From Acidimicrobiales bacterium (GTDB taxonomy: Bacteria > Actinomycetota > Acidimicrobiia > Acidimicrobiales > RAAP-2), in NCBI GenBank assembly GCA_036787355.1, contig DAIQPM010000001.1:1-40502 (forward strand): 40,502 nucleotides of DNA, in the 5' to 3' direction. Positions 9,493 through 18,003 of the stretch are shown here, one piece after another (position 1 is the stretch's first letter; each line of letters starts with the position of its first letter). The notes below the pieces were generated by a model, which was not told the origin of the DNA, did not search any database, and was given only the letters and a program-made list of their open reading frames with translations. A program made the position numbers and the translations under genes.

Positions 9493-11118
9493 TCAGCGAC
9501 GTGTTGGAACGCCAACTGGCGTTGCATCACTTAGTGCTTCACGCGCGTGGTAACTAGAGCGCGTCAGTGGTGACGCTTGGACGTGGCTGAGGCCAAGAGC
9601 CATACCTCTGCGAGCTAATTCATCGAACTCTGCTGGTTCCCAGTACCTAGAAACTGGCAGATGCTTCTCAGTCGGGCGCAAATACTGGCCAATGGTTGCA
9701 ATAGAAACTCCAACTGCTGCAAGGTCGGCCAGTGTTGCTTCAACTTCTTCTGGCGTTTCACCGAGTCCCACCATCAAACCAGACTTAGTTGTTAGTCCTG
9801 CAGCCACACTTCTGGCAAGGACGGTCATTGATCGCATGTATCCAGCGCTTGGGCGAACTGCTCGTTGTAGGCGAGCGACCGTTTCAATGTTGTGATTCAT
9901 TACGTCAGGGCGTGAATCAATAATCAATTGCAGTGCGTCTGCGTCACCCTTCAGGTCGCTAATCAGTACTTCGACGTCAGTTCCAGGTGAGCGTTCACGA
10001 ATGGCACGCACCGTGTCCGCAATCGCTCCAGCTCCACCATCTGCGAGGTCGTCACGCGCGACGCAGGTAATCACCGCGTGCTTCAGTTTGAGTCGAACAA
10101 CAGCTTCAGCAACACGCTCGGGTTCGCTTGGGTCAAGTGCCATTGGCTTTCTGGTGTCAATCAAGCAGAAACCACACGCTCTGGTGCAGCGCTCTCCGTT
10201 AACCATGAAGGTCGCTGTTCCACTTTCCCAGCACTCAAAGATGTTTGGGCACCCTGCTTCTTCACAGACAGTTACGAGTCGAAGATCTTCCGTGAGTGTG
10301 CGAAGTGACTGGTACTCAGTTCCCATGTGGGCTTCGATTCGCAACCACTCGGGCTTTCGCGAACGAATTGGTATGCCAGCATCAGGGTCAACGCCAGCTT
10401 TGCGTAGACGACGAAGTAGTGGCCGCTCAGTTGATGTGCTCGAAAGGCTGCGGTCAACACGAGCAACTTGTGCGTTGCCACCAAGGCGCGCTTCGAGTTC
10501 TTCTCCGAGACGCTCTTCAACTTCGACAGATGTAACTTCAAGCCCTAGAGACTTCATTGAAGCGACAGGGTGTTCTGAAATGCCGCATGGCACTATTGGA
10601 GAAAATCCCTCAAGGTCTATGTCAACGTTGAGCGCAATCCCGTGAAGCGTTCTACGTACTCCAGCATTATTGCGTTCTGTTCGTGTGCCAATGGCTGCAA
10701 TTTTGTAGGGCGTGCTGTCGGTGTGCGCCCAGACTCCTGGGTAGCCATCTAGTCGACCAACGAGGCCGAGTTTCCCTGAAGCATCAAAACTCTTTACCGT
10801 GGCGATAACTGCGTCTTCAAGAATCGCGTTATGGGCTTTGCCTGAAGATGGATCATCTAGAACACTCACAATTGGCCAAGCAACGACTTGTCCAGGTGCG
10901 TGATACGTAACATCGCCACCGCGGTCAGCATCCACAACCGCGGCACCGGTCAACGTTAAGTCACTAAGAATGTTCTTCTCTTCAGTTCGCACACCTTTGG
11001 TAAAGGTCGGTGGGTGCTCAAACAGCAAGATGTAATCATCTTTTGCGTTTAGAAGCGCTCTTTGAAAATCATTGGCCTCAGCGAATGGAACTCGGCCGAG
11101 ATGGCGCCTGCGCAACAT
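9493..11118 (-). CDS. lipA: Fused octanoyltransferase (LipB) + lipoyl synthase (LipA)
   Basis: N-terminal half has EHPPTFT, RGGDVTYHAPGQ, KIAAIG, HGIALN and IVPCG. C-terminal half has CEEAGCPNIFEC, CTRACGFC, NHNIETV and RSSYHA. Confidence 0.93.
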   Translation of the reverse strand: MLRRRHLGRVPFAEANDFQRALLNAKDDYILLFEHPPTFTKGVRTEEKNILSDLTLTGAAVVDADRGGDVTYHAPGQVVAWPIVSVLDDPSSGKAHNAILEDAVIATVKSFDASGKLGLVGRLDGYPGVWAHTDSTPYKIAAIGTRTERNNAGVRRTLHGIALNVDIDLEGFSPIVPCGISEHPVASMKSLGLEVTSVEVEERLGEELEARLGGNAQVARVDRSLSSTSTERPLLRRLRKAGVDPDAGIPIRSRKPEWLRIEAHMGTEYQSLRTLTEDLRLVTVCEEAGCPNIFECWESGTATFMVNGERCTRACGFCLIDTRKPMALDPSEPERVAEAVVRLKLKHAVITCVARDDLADGGAGAIADTVRAIRERSPGTDVEVLISDLKGDADALQLIIDSRPDVMNHNIETVARLQRAVRPSAGYMRSMTVLARSVAAGLTTKSGLMVGLGETPEEVEATLADLAAVGVSIATIGQYLRPTEKHLPVSRYWEPAEFDELARRGMALGLSHVQASPLTRSSYHAREALSDATPVGVPTRR

Positions 11119-12327
11119 TTAGCGCTCGCTCTCTAAGTCCATTCCTGCGAGCAGTTCGGCTACTCGTTCAAGATACGCAGCAGCGAGCACTGGCTCACAG
11201 ACTCGGTGGTCGAAGGAAAGTCCAAGCACAATGCGGTAGCCAATTTCAATAGAAACTTTCTTCTTCTTTTTCTTAGCAACCACAGGCACTTCACGAACTG
11301 ATCCCATTGAGAGAACCGCCACTTGAGGCTGGATGATGATTGGTGCGGTGTAGAGCGTGTGAGGGCTTGGTGAGCGCATCAAGGTAAACGTTCCACCCAT
11401 GAGATCATCAGCAGTCATTTGACGCTCACTGAGTCGCTCGTCGAGTTCACTCACCCTTCGCGCAAGGGCACGAAGTGTGAGCCCGCCTGCAGCGTGAACA
11501 ACTGGAACCAACATGCCGTCTTCATCAAGTGAACGAACAAAGCCCAAACTAACGGTGCGGTGAACAACAATTTCTTCACCCTGGAACGTTGCGTTCAAGT
11601 ATTCAAAGTCACTCAGTGCACGAACTGCGGCGAGACCAACAACCATTTCGTCAGTAATCGTGATGCCGTCCTTGCTTTCACGACCTTTTTTCGCGAGTTT
11701 CGCAAAGATGTCGGCGTCTACTTCAATGGCAACGAATCCGTGAGGTGTGCTCTGTGCTGAGACAACCATGTGCTCAGCCATGCGCTTTCGCCCACTGGAA
11801 ACTGGGAATGCAGCTTCTGTTTCGCCGCCTTGGAGAACTGCGCGCTCAGCGTCACGACGGGTAATAGACCCGCCAGGACCTGTGCCGTTGACACTTGAGG
11901 GGTCGATTCCTCCGTCTAGTAAAATGCGTCGAACTACTGGCGATGCAACTACCCCTGGCCCAGCGCTTTGAGATGTGACAGGCGTTGACGCAACAGGTGT
12001 GGGAGCTGGAGCAGCTGGAGTTGGCGCTGGTGTTTCGGCCACTGGCGCTGGAGCTTCTGGTGCGGGAGCAGGAGCAACGCTTCCCGCGGTTGCGTTTTCA
12101 TCAATGACACAAACAATGGCACCGGTCTGAACCGTGTCGCCTTCTTGAGCAGAGATTTGCGTTAGCACGCCAGCAAATGGCGATGGCATCTCTGAGTCGA
12201 CTTTGTCAGTTGAAACTTCAAAGAGTGCTTCGTCACGTGCGACAACGTCGCCGACTTTTTTGAACCACTGAGTGATTATTCCTTCGGTTACTGATTCACC
12301 GAGTGATGGGAGCGTTACATTAGCCAA
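11119..12327 (-). CDS. 2-oxoacid dehydrogenase E2-like protein (single lipoyl domain, E3-binding domain, divergent acyltransferase domain)
   Basis: STDKVDSE lipoyl-lysine motif, Ala/Pro linker, SPVVRR...GTGPGGSITRRD subunit-binding domain, C-terminal SFDHR. TTG start overlaps the end of lpd. Confidence 0.85.
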   Translation of the reverse strand: MANVTLPSLGESVTEGIITQWFKKVGDVVARDEALFEVSTDKVDSEMPSPFAGVLTQISAQEGDTVQTGAIVCVIDENATAGSVAPAPAPEAPAPVAETPAPTPAAPAPTPVASTPVTSQSAGPGVVASPVVRRILLDGGIDPSSVNGTGPGGSITRRDAERAVLQGGETEAAFPVSSGRKRMAEHMVVSAQSTPHGFVAIEVDADIFAKLAKKGRESKDGITITDEMVVGLAAVRALSDFEYLNATFQGEEIVVHRTVSLGFVRSLDEDGMLVPVVHAAGGLTLRALARRVSELDERLSERQMTADDLMGGTFTLMRSPSPHTLYTAPIIIQPQVAVLSMGSVREVPVVAKKKKKKVSIEIGYRIVLGLSFDHRVCEPVLAAAYLERVAELLAGMDLESER

Positions 12328-13732
12328 CGTGAAGTCCTCGTCCAGCGAGCGCTAGGAGTGTTTCTCCAAACGTCTCGGAAAGTGATGGGTGGGGTTGAAT
12401 GAGAGCCGCTGCTTCTTCAACAGTTGCTTCCCAGTTAACAGCGAAGTAACCAGCGCCAAGTTGTTCAGTGACCCAAGGGCCAGACATGTGAACACCGAGG
12501 ATTTGACCAGCTGTGCCGTCAGGTCGCTTTTCAGCAATTATCTTCACCATTCCGTCAGTTTCACCAATGATCTGTGCACGGCTATTACCAGCGAATGGGT
12601 CCTTCTTAACTACAACGTCATAGCCCTTAGCTTTGGCGGCTTCTTCGGTGAGACCACAGAAAGCAACTTCAGGGTTTGAGTAAATAGCCCATGGCACTCG
12701 GTCGTAGTCAACAGGCAGTACTTGCTCACCAAGGATTGTCTTAAGCGCAACGATTGCTTCAGCGAATGCGACGTGTGCGAGTTGAGCAGTTGCAACAACG
12801 TCACCTACTGCAAAAACATTTGCAGCACCGGTGCGCATGTAGCTATCGACATCGACAAATCCTCGTTCGCTAATAACTACGCCCGTGTCGTCGCCGAGCA
12901 GCCCTTCAGTGCGGGGACGACGCCCCACAGAAACGACCACCATTTCAACGTCAATGTTTTCGCCACCTTCAACACTCACGGTGGTTCCATTTGCGTTTGG
13001 CGTGTGACCAGTGATTTTTACGCCGGCCTGAATTTTGATGCCGCGCTTCTTAAAGGCGCGGTCCACAGCCTTAACAACTTCTACGTCACAGAGAGGAAGA
13101 ATCGTAGGGAGTCCCTCAAGAATTGTTACTTCAGATCCCATGTCGCTCAGCATTGAAGCGAACTCACAACCAATTGCTCCCCCACCAATTACGGCCGCGG
13201 TCTTTGGAAGAGTTGTGAGGCTCAGGAACTCATCAGAGGTGACAATAATTTTTCCGTCAATGTCGAAGCCAGGAATCGTTCGTGGAACTGAACCAGCAGC
13301 CAGGATGATGTTCTTGCCTTGAATGACCTTGCCAGCATCTGCTCCGTCAACAACTGTTGCCTTTAGGCCCTTGTCGAGTCGACCAGTTCCTTCAAAGACG
13401 GTGACCTTTCGGCCTTTAAGAAGCCCAGATACTCCCTTAAAGAGTCGGTCTACAACTTCGTTCTTTCGAGCTTGGCTAACAGCAAAGTCAACCTTTACGT
13501 CACCTGTAGTGATTCCAAAATCACTTGAGTGTGCGAGAGTGCGTCGGACGTGTGCGGTTTCGAGGAATTCTTTTGCGGGAACACATCCGCGGTGAAGGCA
13601 TGTGCCCCCAACTTTGTCGCGCTCGATTACAGCAACGTTAAGACCCGCTGCTGCACCATAAAGAGCGGCGGCGTAGCCACCGGGGCCACCACCAATAACC
13701 ACTACATCGAACTCTTGGACCTCGTTTGTCAC
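12320..13732 (-). CDS. lpdA: Dihydrolipoamide dehydrogenase (E3)
   Basis: GGGPGG, GGTCLHRGCVP redox disulfide, GGGAIG, and HPSLSE. Start at GTG 13732 after an AGGAA SD-like sequence. Confidence 0.93.
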   Translation of the reverse strand: MTNEVQEFDVVVIGGGPGGYAAALYGAAAGLNVAVIERDKVGGTCLHRGCVPAKEFLETAHVRRTLAHSSDFGITTGDVKVDFAVSQARKNEVVDRLFKGVSGLLKGRKVTVFEGTGRLDKGLKATVVDGADAGKVIQGKNIILAAGSVPRTIPGFDIDGKIIVTSDEFLSLTTLPKTAAVIGGGAIGCEFASMLSDMGSEVTILEGLPTILPLCDVEVVKAVDRAFKKRGIKIQAGVKITGHTPNANGTTVSVEGGENIDVEMVVVSVGRRPRTEGLLGDDTGVVISERGFVDVDSYMRTGAANVFAVGDVVATAQLAHVAFAEAIVALKTILGEQVLPVDYDRVPWAIYSNPEVAFCGLTEEAAKAKGYDVVVKKDPFAGNSRAQIIGETDGMVKIIAEKRPDGTAGQILGVHMSGPWVTEQLGAGYFAVNWEATVEEAAALIQPHPSLSETFGETLLALAGRGLHVG

Positions 13733-13811
13733 GACAATTCCTAACTCGCTAGACGAAAGCCCCCCGGGGTGAAATCCTAATGCATTAGCCAGGCTTCTGA
13801 CCCGGTAAAGC

Positions 13812-14249
13812 CTACGAGCGACTACCCATTTGCCGGTCTGCGGCTTCGGTGGCGAGCACGTCACAGAAATCATTCATAAGGTCCCCAGAGTGGCCTTTTA
13901 CCCACGTAAATCTGATTTTGCGGTCACTCTCCAGGACTAGAGCAAAGAGCTCTTCCCAGAGGTCGCGATTAGCCACAGGTTGGCCCTGGGAGTTTTTCCA
14001 GTTTCGTCGGTACCAGCCAACGTGCCACTTGTCGTTGAAGCATTTAACAACGTACGTGGAGTCTGAAACGATCTCTATTTCTTGATCATCATTTGACTTG
14101 AGGGCTTCAATAACCGCGAGTACTTCCATACGCTGATTCGTGGTGTGCTCATGGTGGCCACTTGCGTATTCGTCTTTAGAGCTAGCCCACGCCCATCCGC
14201 CGGGCCCCGGGTTCCCACGGCACGCGCCGTCGGTGTGAATTGTTTTCAT
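13812..14249 (-). CDS. rnhA: Ribonuclease HI
   Basis: TDGACRGNPGPGGW, TNQRME, SDS.Y, N.DLW, and WVKGHSG..N..CD. ATG overlaps the upstream stop (ATGA). Confidence 0.93.
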   Translation of the reverse strand: MKTIHTDGACRGNPGPGGWAWASSKDEYASGHHEHTTNQRMEVLAVIEALKSNDDQEIEIVSDSTYVVKCFNDKWHVGWYRRNWKNSQGQPVANRDLWEELFALVLESDRKIRFTWVKGHSGDLMNDFCDVLATEAADRQMGSRS

Positions 14250-14704
14250 ATGACTCGAGTAATCCACGCATCCGGGTCATCCGTGAAGCGAGTTACCGCT
14301 GTGGGGAGTTCACCACGAAGTACTTGTCCGAGAGTGACGTGCTCGAGTACTTCACGAAGTGATGCACGAACAGCCACCCAAACGTCACGAAGGTGAGTTG
14401 CTTCCCCACCGTACTCAAGCGTCTCAGGGCGCATTCCACGAACACCAGCCATTGGCCCAGATACAACTCGAAGGATGTCCGCGATCATTATTTGATCGGG
14501 ATCGCGTGCGAGTTTGAATCCACCTTCTGGTCCGCGCTGACTTGTCACCATTCCGCCACGGCGCAGGTCAGAAAGAATTGCCCCCAGAAATTTTGCCGGT
14601 AGACCCTGCTCTTCAGCCAAGTGCTCAGCACTAATTGAGTCCTCACTCGCCGCAAGAGTAAGCAACGCTCTGATTGCGTAGTCGGCCTTGGCGGGGATTT
14701 GCAT
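14246..14704 (-). CDS. Rrf2-family transcriptional regulator, cysteine-free
   Basis: ADYAIRAL...FLGAILSDLRRGG.V.SQRGPEGGF.LAR Rrf2 winged-HTH pattern. Confidence 0.9.
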   Translation of the reverse strand: MQIPAKADYAIRALLTLAASEDSISAEHLAEEQGLPAKFLGAILSDLRRGGMVTSQRGPEGGFKLARDPDQIMIADILRVVSGPMAGVRGMRPETLEYGGEATHLRDVWVAVRASLREVLEHVTLGQVLRGELPTAVTRFTDDPDAWITRVI

Positions 14705-14767
14705 GCCTCTATTCTGCCCTACATTTAGCGAGCAAGTATGCCAAGCATTCCTTCTAAGGTGTCTTGG

Positions 14768-15394
14768 ATGACAGAGCTAACTTCTCGCCGTTTATACCTC
14801 TGTGTCCCTCACCGAGACGATATGTCTAAGTTTTTGCCTGCAGTACTTCGAGGTGGCGTTGGCATTGTGCAACTGCGTGAAAAGAACCTCGATGATGACA
14901 TCCGTAGAAAAACCGCAGAACTAATGATCTCAATTTGTCGTGACTACGGTGTTCCATTCATTATGAACGATTCGCCAGAACTAGCCCTTGAAGTTGGCGC
15001 TGATGGCGTCCATGTTGGACAAGATGACGTCAGTGTTGAGCATTGTCGCCAACTCCTTGGACCAGACGCAATCATTGGTCTTTCAACACATGCTGAAAGT
15101 GAATTCACACAGGCATTAACAACTGATGCCACTTACATCAGTGCTGGGCCAATTGTCGCTACACCCACCAAGCCAGGGCGTGAAGCAACGGGCATTGCGT
15201 ATGCGCTTCAGTGTCAAGCGCGCAGTGATCGTCCAGTTTTTATTACAGGTGGTGTTGATGCCAGCAACGTGTTTGATTTAGCGGCCGCTGGACTCAATCA
15301 CTTTGTAGTGGTGAGAGCGCTCACGGAGGCAAAGGACCCCGAAGCAGTAGCTCATCAAATCACAGAAGAACTCACCCGAGCCTTCGGCTCTTAG
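14768..15394 (+). CDS. thiE: Thiamine-phosphate synthase
   Basis: VQLREK, MND, ADGVHVGQDD, IGLSTH and TPTKP. Start refined to ATG 14768, 7 nt after TAAGGT. Confidence 0.92.
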   Translation: MTELTSRRLYLCVPHRDDMSKFLPAVLRGGVGIVQLREKNLDDDIRRKTAELMISICRDYGVPFIMNDSPELALEVGADGVHVGQDDVSVEHCRQLLGPDAIIGLSTHAESEFTQALTTDATYISAGPIVATPTKPGREATGIAYALQCQARSDRPVFITGGVDASNVFDLAAAGLNHFVVVRALTEAKDPEAVAHQITEELTRAFGS

Positions 15395-16134
15395 TGGCGG
15401 TCTAACCAGCCGAGCAACGTTGCAACCATCCGAGGATCAGCTCGCATTTGGTGGCCAGCTCCTTGAATGATTCGAAGTTCTGCATGTTGCTGCGCTGCAT
15501 CAACGAGGTCTCTTGCATCTTGAGTGGGGACTTCTATGTCATCGGAACCATGACCAATAAGCAGTCGACGTGGAGGAATTTTTGCTATCGAACCGAGTGG
15601 GTCAACAGAGAGCACATCGTTATAAAGTTCTTGCACTGACTGCAGCGCAACTGCGTCACTCACCACGCCAGCGATTTTTATTCCTCGATGTAGTTCTTCT
15701 GCCGATCCACTCCAATGGGGCAGGTGTGCAGGAGCCGCAAATGTGGCGACACCTTGAACGCGTTCGTCATTTGCCGCCGTATTGAGCGCTAACGCTCCCC
15801 CGAACCCGAAGCCCGCAAGTGAAATACGTTGCTTCTCTTTACTCATGCGCTCAACAACAGTGGTGATGTCTTGTTTCCACTGTGTCGCACTGAAGGTTCC
15901 AGTGCTCGTGCCAACACCAGAGAGCGTGCCTGTCGCCACTGTCCAGCCGGATTCATTCGCTAAGTGCTCAGCCAGCTCTGGAAGAAGCCCTGCCGCTTGG
16001 CGACCCATGCCCATGGTGCGCGGAAGGCCGTGCATCAAGATAAGGATGTGACCTGACGAAGCCGTCGAAGACCCCGTAGCAATACGAAGTTCTAAGTGAG
16101 AAGTACCACTGATCAGTTGCTCGTGATCGAGCAC
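15391..16134 (-). CDS. Alpha/beta-hydrolase-fold protein lacking the nucleophile serine
   Basis: MHGLP, elbow GFGFGG, HGSDD..V and GAGH. Confidence 0.75.
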   Translation of the reverse strand: MLDHEQLISGTSHLELRIATGSSTASSGHILILMHGLPRTMGMGRQAAGLLPELAEHLANESGWTVATGTLSGVGTSTGTFSATQWKQDITTVVERMSKEKQRISLAGFGFGGALALNTAANDERVQGVATFAAPAHLPHWSGSAEELHRGIKIAGVVSDAVALQSVQELYNDVLSVDPLGSIAKIPPRRLLIGHGSDDIEVPTQDARDLVDAAQQHAELRIIQGAGHQMRADPRMVATLLGWLDRH

Positions 16135-16138
16135 CTAT

Positions 16139-17254
16139 TTAGATTCCTAGACGAGTAGCTAGAAGTTCGCGGTGGTATGAAGGCTCACCGAGGAACAATT
16201 CAGAACTCTTGGCACGCTTGAAGTACAGGTGTGCGTGGTGCTCCCATGTAAATCCAATTCCACCGTGAATCTGAATGTTCTCTGCAGCACAGTGGAAGTA
16301 GGCCTCTGAGCAGAAAGACTTCGCGAGACTTGCAGCAATTGGCAACTCATCGCTCAACTCTTGTGAAGCCCATGCTGCGTAGTACGCAGCTGACTTTGCA
16401 GATTCAACGTCGAGAAGCATGTCAGCACACTTGTGCTTGATTGCCTGGAATGAACCAATTGGACGTCCGAACTGAACACGCTGCTTCGCGTATTCAACTG
16501 CGTTAGTTAGAACACGCTGTGCTCCACCAACTTGCTCAGCAGCGAGTGCTGATGCAGCGATCTGGAGAGTTGTCTGTAGACCGGCGAGTGCTCCGCCTTC
16601 AGTTCCAATAAGTACACCAGCGGCGTCCTTAAGTTCAACCTTTGACTGCTTGCGAGTCTGGTCCATTGTTGGAAGAAGTGTGCGTGTAACACCAGGCGCA
16701 TCACCAGCAACTGCGAAGAGTGAAAGCCCCTTAGACGTTTGTGCTGGAACCAAGATAAGTGACGCAGTGTTGGCGTCAGTTACGTAGCTAAATGTTCCGC
16801 TCACCTTGAACGAGTCGCCTGAACCAGTTGCTGTGGCCTTGATCTTTGAAAGATCCCAGTCGCCAGCTTCGTCAGTCAGTGCAACAGTTGCGATTGTTTC
16901 GCCAGATGCGATTCCTGGGAGGTACGCCTTCTTGTTGGCATCAGTTCCAACGTGGAGAAGTGCGTTTGACGCAAGAGCAACAGTTGAGAAGTATGGAGAG
17001 CAAAGAAGTGCTGCACCCATCTCTTCGAAGACAACGTAGAGCTCAACAGGTCCGTAACCCTGGCCGCCGAATTCTTCTGGGATGCCAAGACCTTGTAGTG
17101 CGAGTTCGTTCGCCATCAATGACCAGACTGCTGGGTCGTACCCCTCATCAGTCGCCATCACTCGGCGTACTTCAGTCTCTGGTGACTTCTCTTCTAAGAA
17201 GCGCTTCACCATCTTGCGTAGTTCGTCTTGTTCTTCGCTGAATCCGAAATTCAT
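16139..17254 (-). CDS. Acyl-CoA dehydrogenase family protein (FadE27/FadE28-like short-tail subunit)
   Basis: IPEEFGGQG, RVQFGRPIGSFQAIKHKCAD, and QIHGGIGFTWEH. AAGGA SD upstream. Confidence 0.9.
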   Translation of the reverse strand: MNFGFSEEQDELRKMVKRFLEEKSPETEVRRVMATDEGYDPAVWSLMANELALQGLGIPEEFGGQGYGPVELYVVFEEMGAALLCSPYFSTVALASNALLHVGTDANKKAYLPGIASGETIATVALTDEAGDWDLSKIKATATGSGDSFKVSGTFSYVTDANTASLILVPAQTSKGLSLFAVAGDAPGVTRTLLPTMDQTRKQSKVELKDAAGVLIGTEGGALAGLQTTLQIAASALAAEQVGGAQRVLTNAVEYAKQRVQFGRPIGSFQAIKHKCADMLLDVESAKSAAYYAAWASQELSDELPIAASLAKSFCSEAYFHCAAENIQIHGGIGFTWEHHAHLYFKRAKSSELFLGEPSYHRELLATRLGI

Positions 17255-17346
17255 GATGTCCTTTTTCCCTTACCGGTGAGTAGCCCGGCCCTATGTGACA
17301 TTAGCCAAAAACTGACACCCTCGGCGAAAGGTGGCAGTCTGGGGAG

Positions 17347-17961
17347 ATGGAAAACGTCGAACTTCTGTGGAGCAGTGAAATTGCTGAGATTCGCCGCCTG
17401 GTGGTGGGGCCTCTCTCCAACAACGTGTTCATCATCACTTGCCGCCAAAGTGGCCAGTCGCTCCTTATTGATGCTGCAAATGAAGCCGAATTGCTCCTAG
17501 AAGCGGCCAGTGCTTTTCAGGTGAGAAAGGTCTTGACCACCCACGGACACTGGGACCACATTGGTGCCGTCGAAGAATTTCGCGCCGCCGGGATTCCAGT
17601 CTTGGTCGGTGATGGCGACAAAGCAATGCTTTCGAGTTATGACGAGACCATTGCAGATGGCGCCTTGATCTCGTGCGGTTCACTTCGACTTCTCGCACAC
17701 CACACTCCAGGACATACTCCTGGGAGTACGTGTTTTTCTTTACTCTCAACACCACTTCTCTTCACCGGTGACACACTGTTTCCTGGTGGGCCTGGAAATG
17801 CAACCTTTGAGGGTGGGGACTTCACCACGATCATCACCTCACTGGAAAAGCTCTACGCACAATTTGGAGATGAGACCATCTTCTGGCCGGGCCACGGTGA
17901 CAGCTCCACCATTGGAACTGAGCGCCCACATTTGGCGGAATGGATAGAGCGCGGCTGGTAA
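17347..17961 (+). CDS. Metallo-beta-lactamase-fold hydrolase (glyoxalase II-like)
   Basis: THGHWDH, HTPGHTPGS, FTGDTLF and PGHG. Confidence 0.88.
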   Translation: MENVELLWSSEIAEIRRLVVGPLSNNVFIITCRQSGQSLLIDAANEAELLLEAASAFQVRKVLTTHGHWDHIGAVEEFRAAGIPVLVGDGDKAMLSSYDETIADGALISCGSLRLLAHHTPGHTPGSTCFSLLSTPLLFTGDTLFPGGPGNATFEGGDFTTIITSLEKLYAQFGDETIFWPGHGDSSTIGTERPHLAEWIERGW

Positions 17962-18003
17962 ATGTTTGGGCTAAACACTCAATATCACCGGTAGGCTCTC
18001 TAT

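Noticed and set aside
10001..10645. 214-aa + strand ORF and many similar antisense or alternate-frame ORFs in the track (e.g. 19433-19912, 22077-22523, 35444-35896, 37909-38397)
   Set aside because: They are shadows of well-supported genes, with Ser/Arg-rich composition and no motifs.
11985..12090. Low-complexity repeats (gctggagc...)
   Set aside because: They encode the ordinary Ala/Pro linker of E2; they are not a DNA repeat element or CRISPR.
13733..13873. N-terminal extensions in the ORF track (lpd, also the adenosyltransferase, mutY, maoC, 25089 ORF, 25435 ORF, crotonase)
   Set aside because: They mostly overlap neighbouring genes or promoter regions and lie upstream of where family similarity begins. 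Downstream starts have SD or -10 support.
17255..17346. TGACA repeats and a small CCGG hairpin in the ACAD/MBL divergent spacer
   Set aside because: Too short to distinguish from chance or from overlapping promoter elements.
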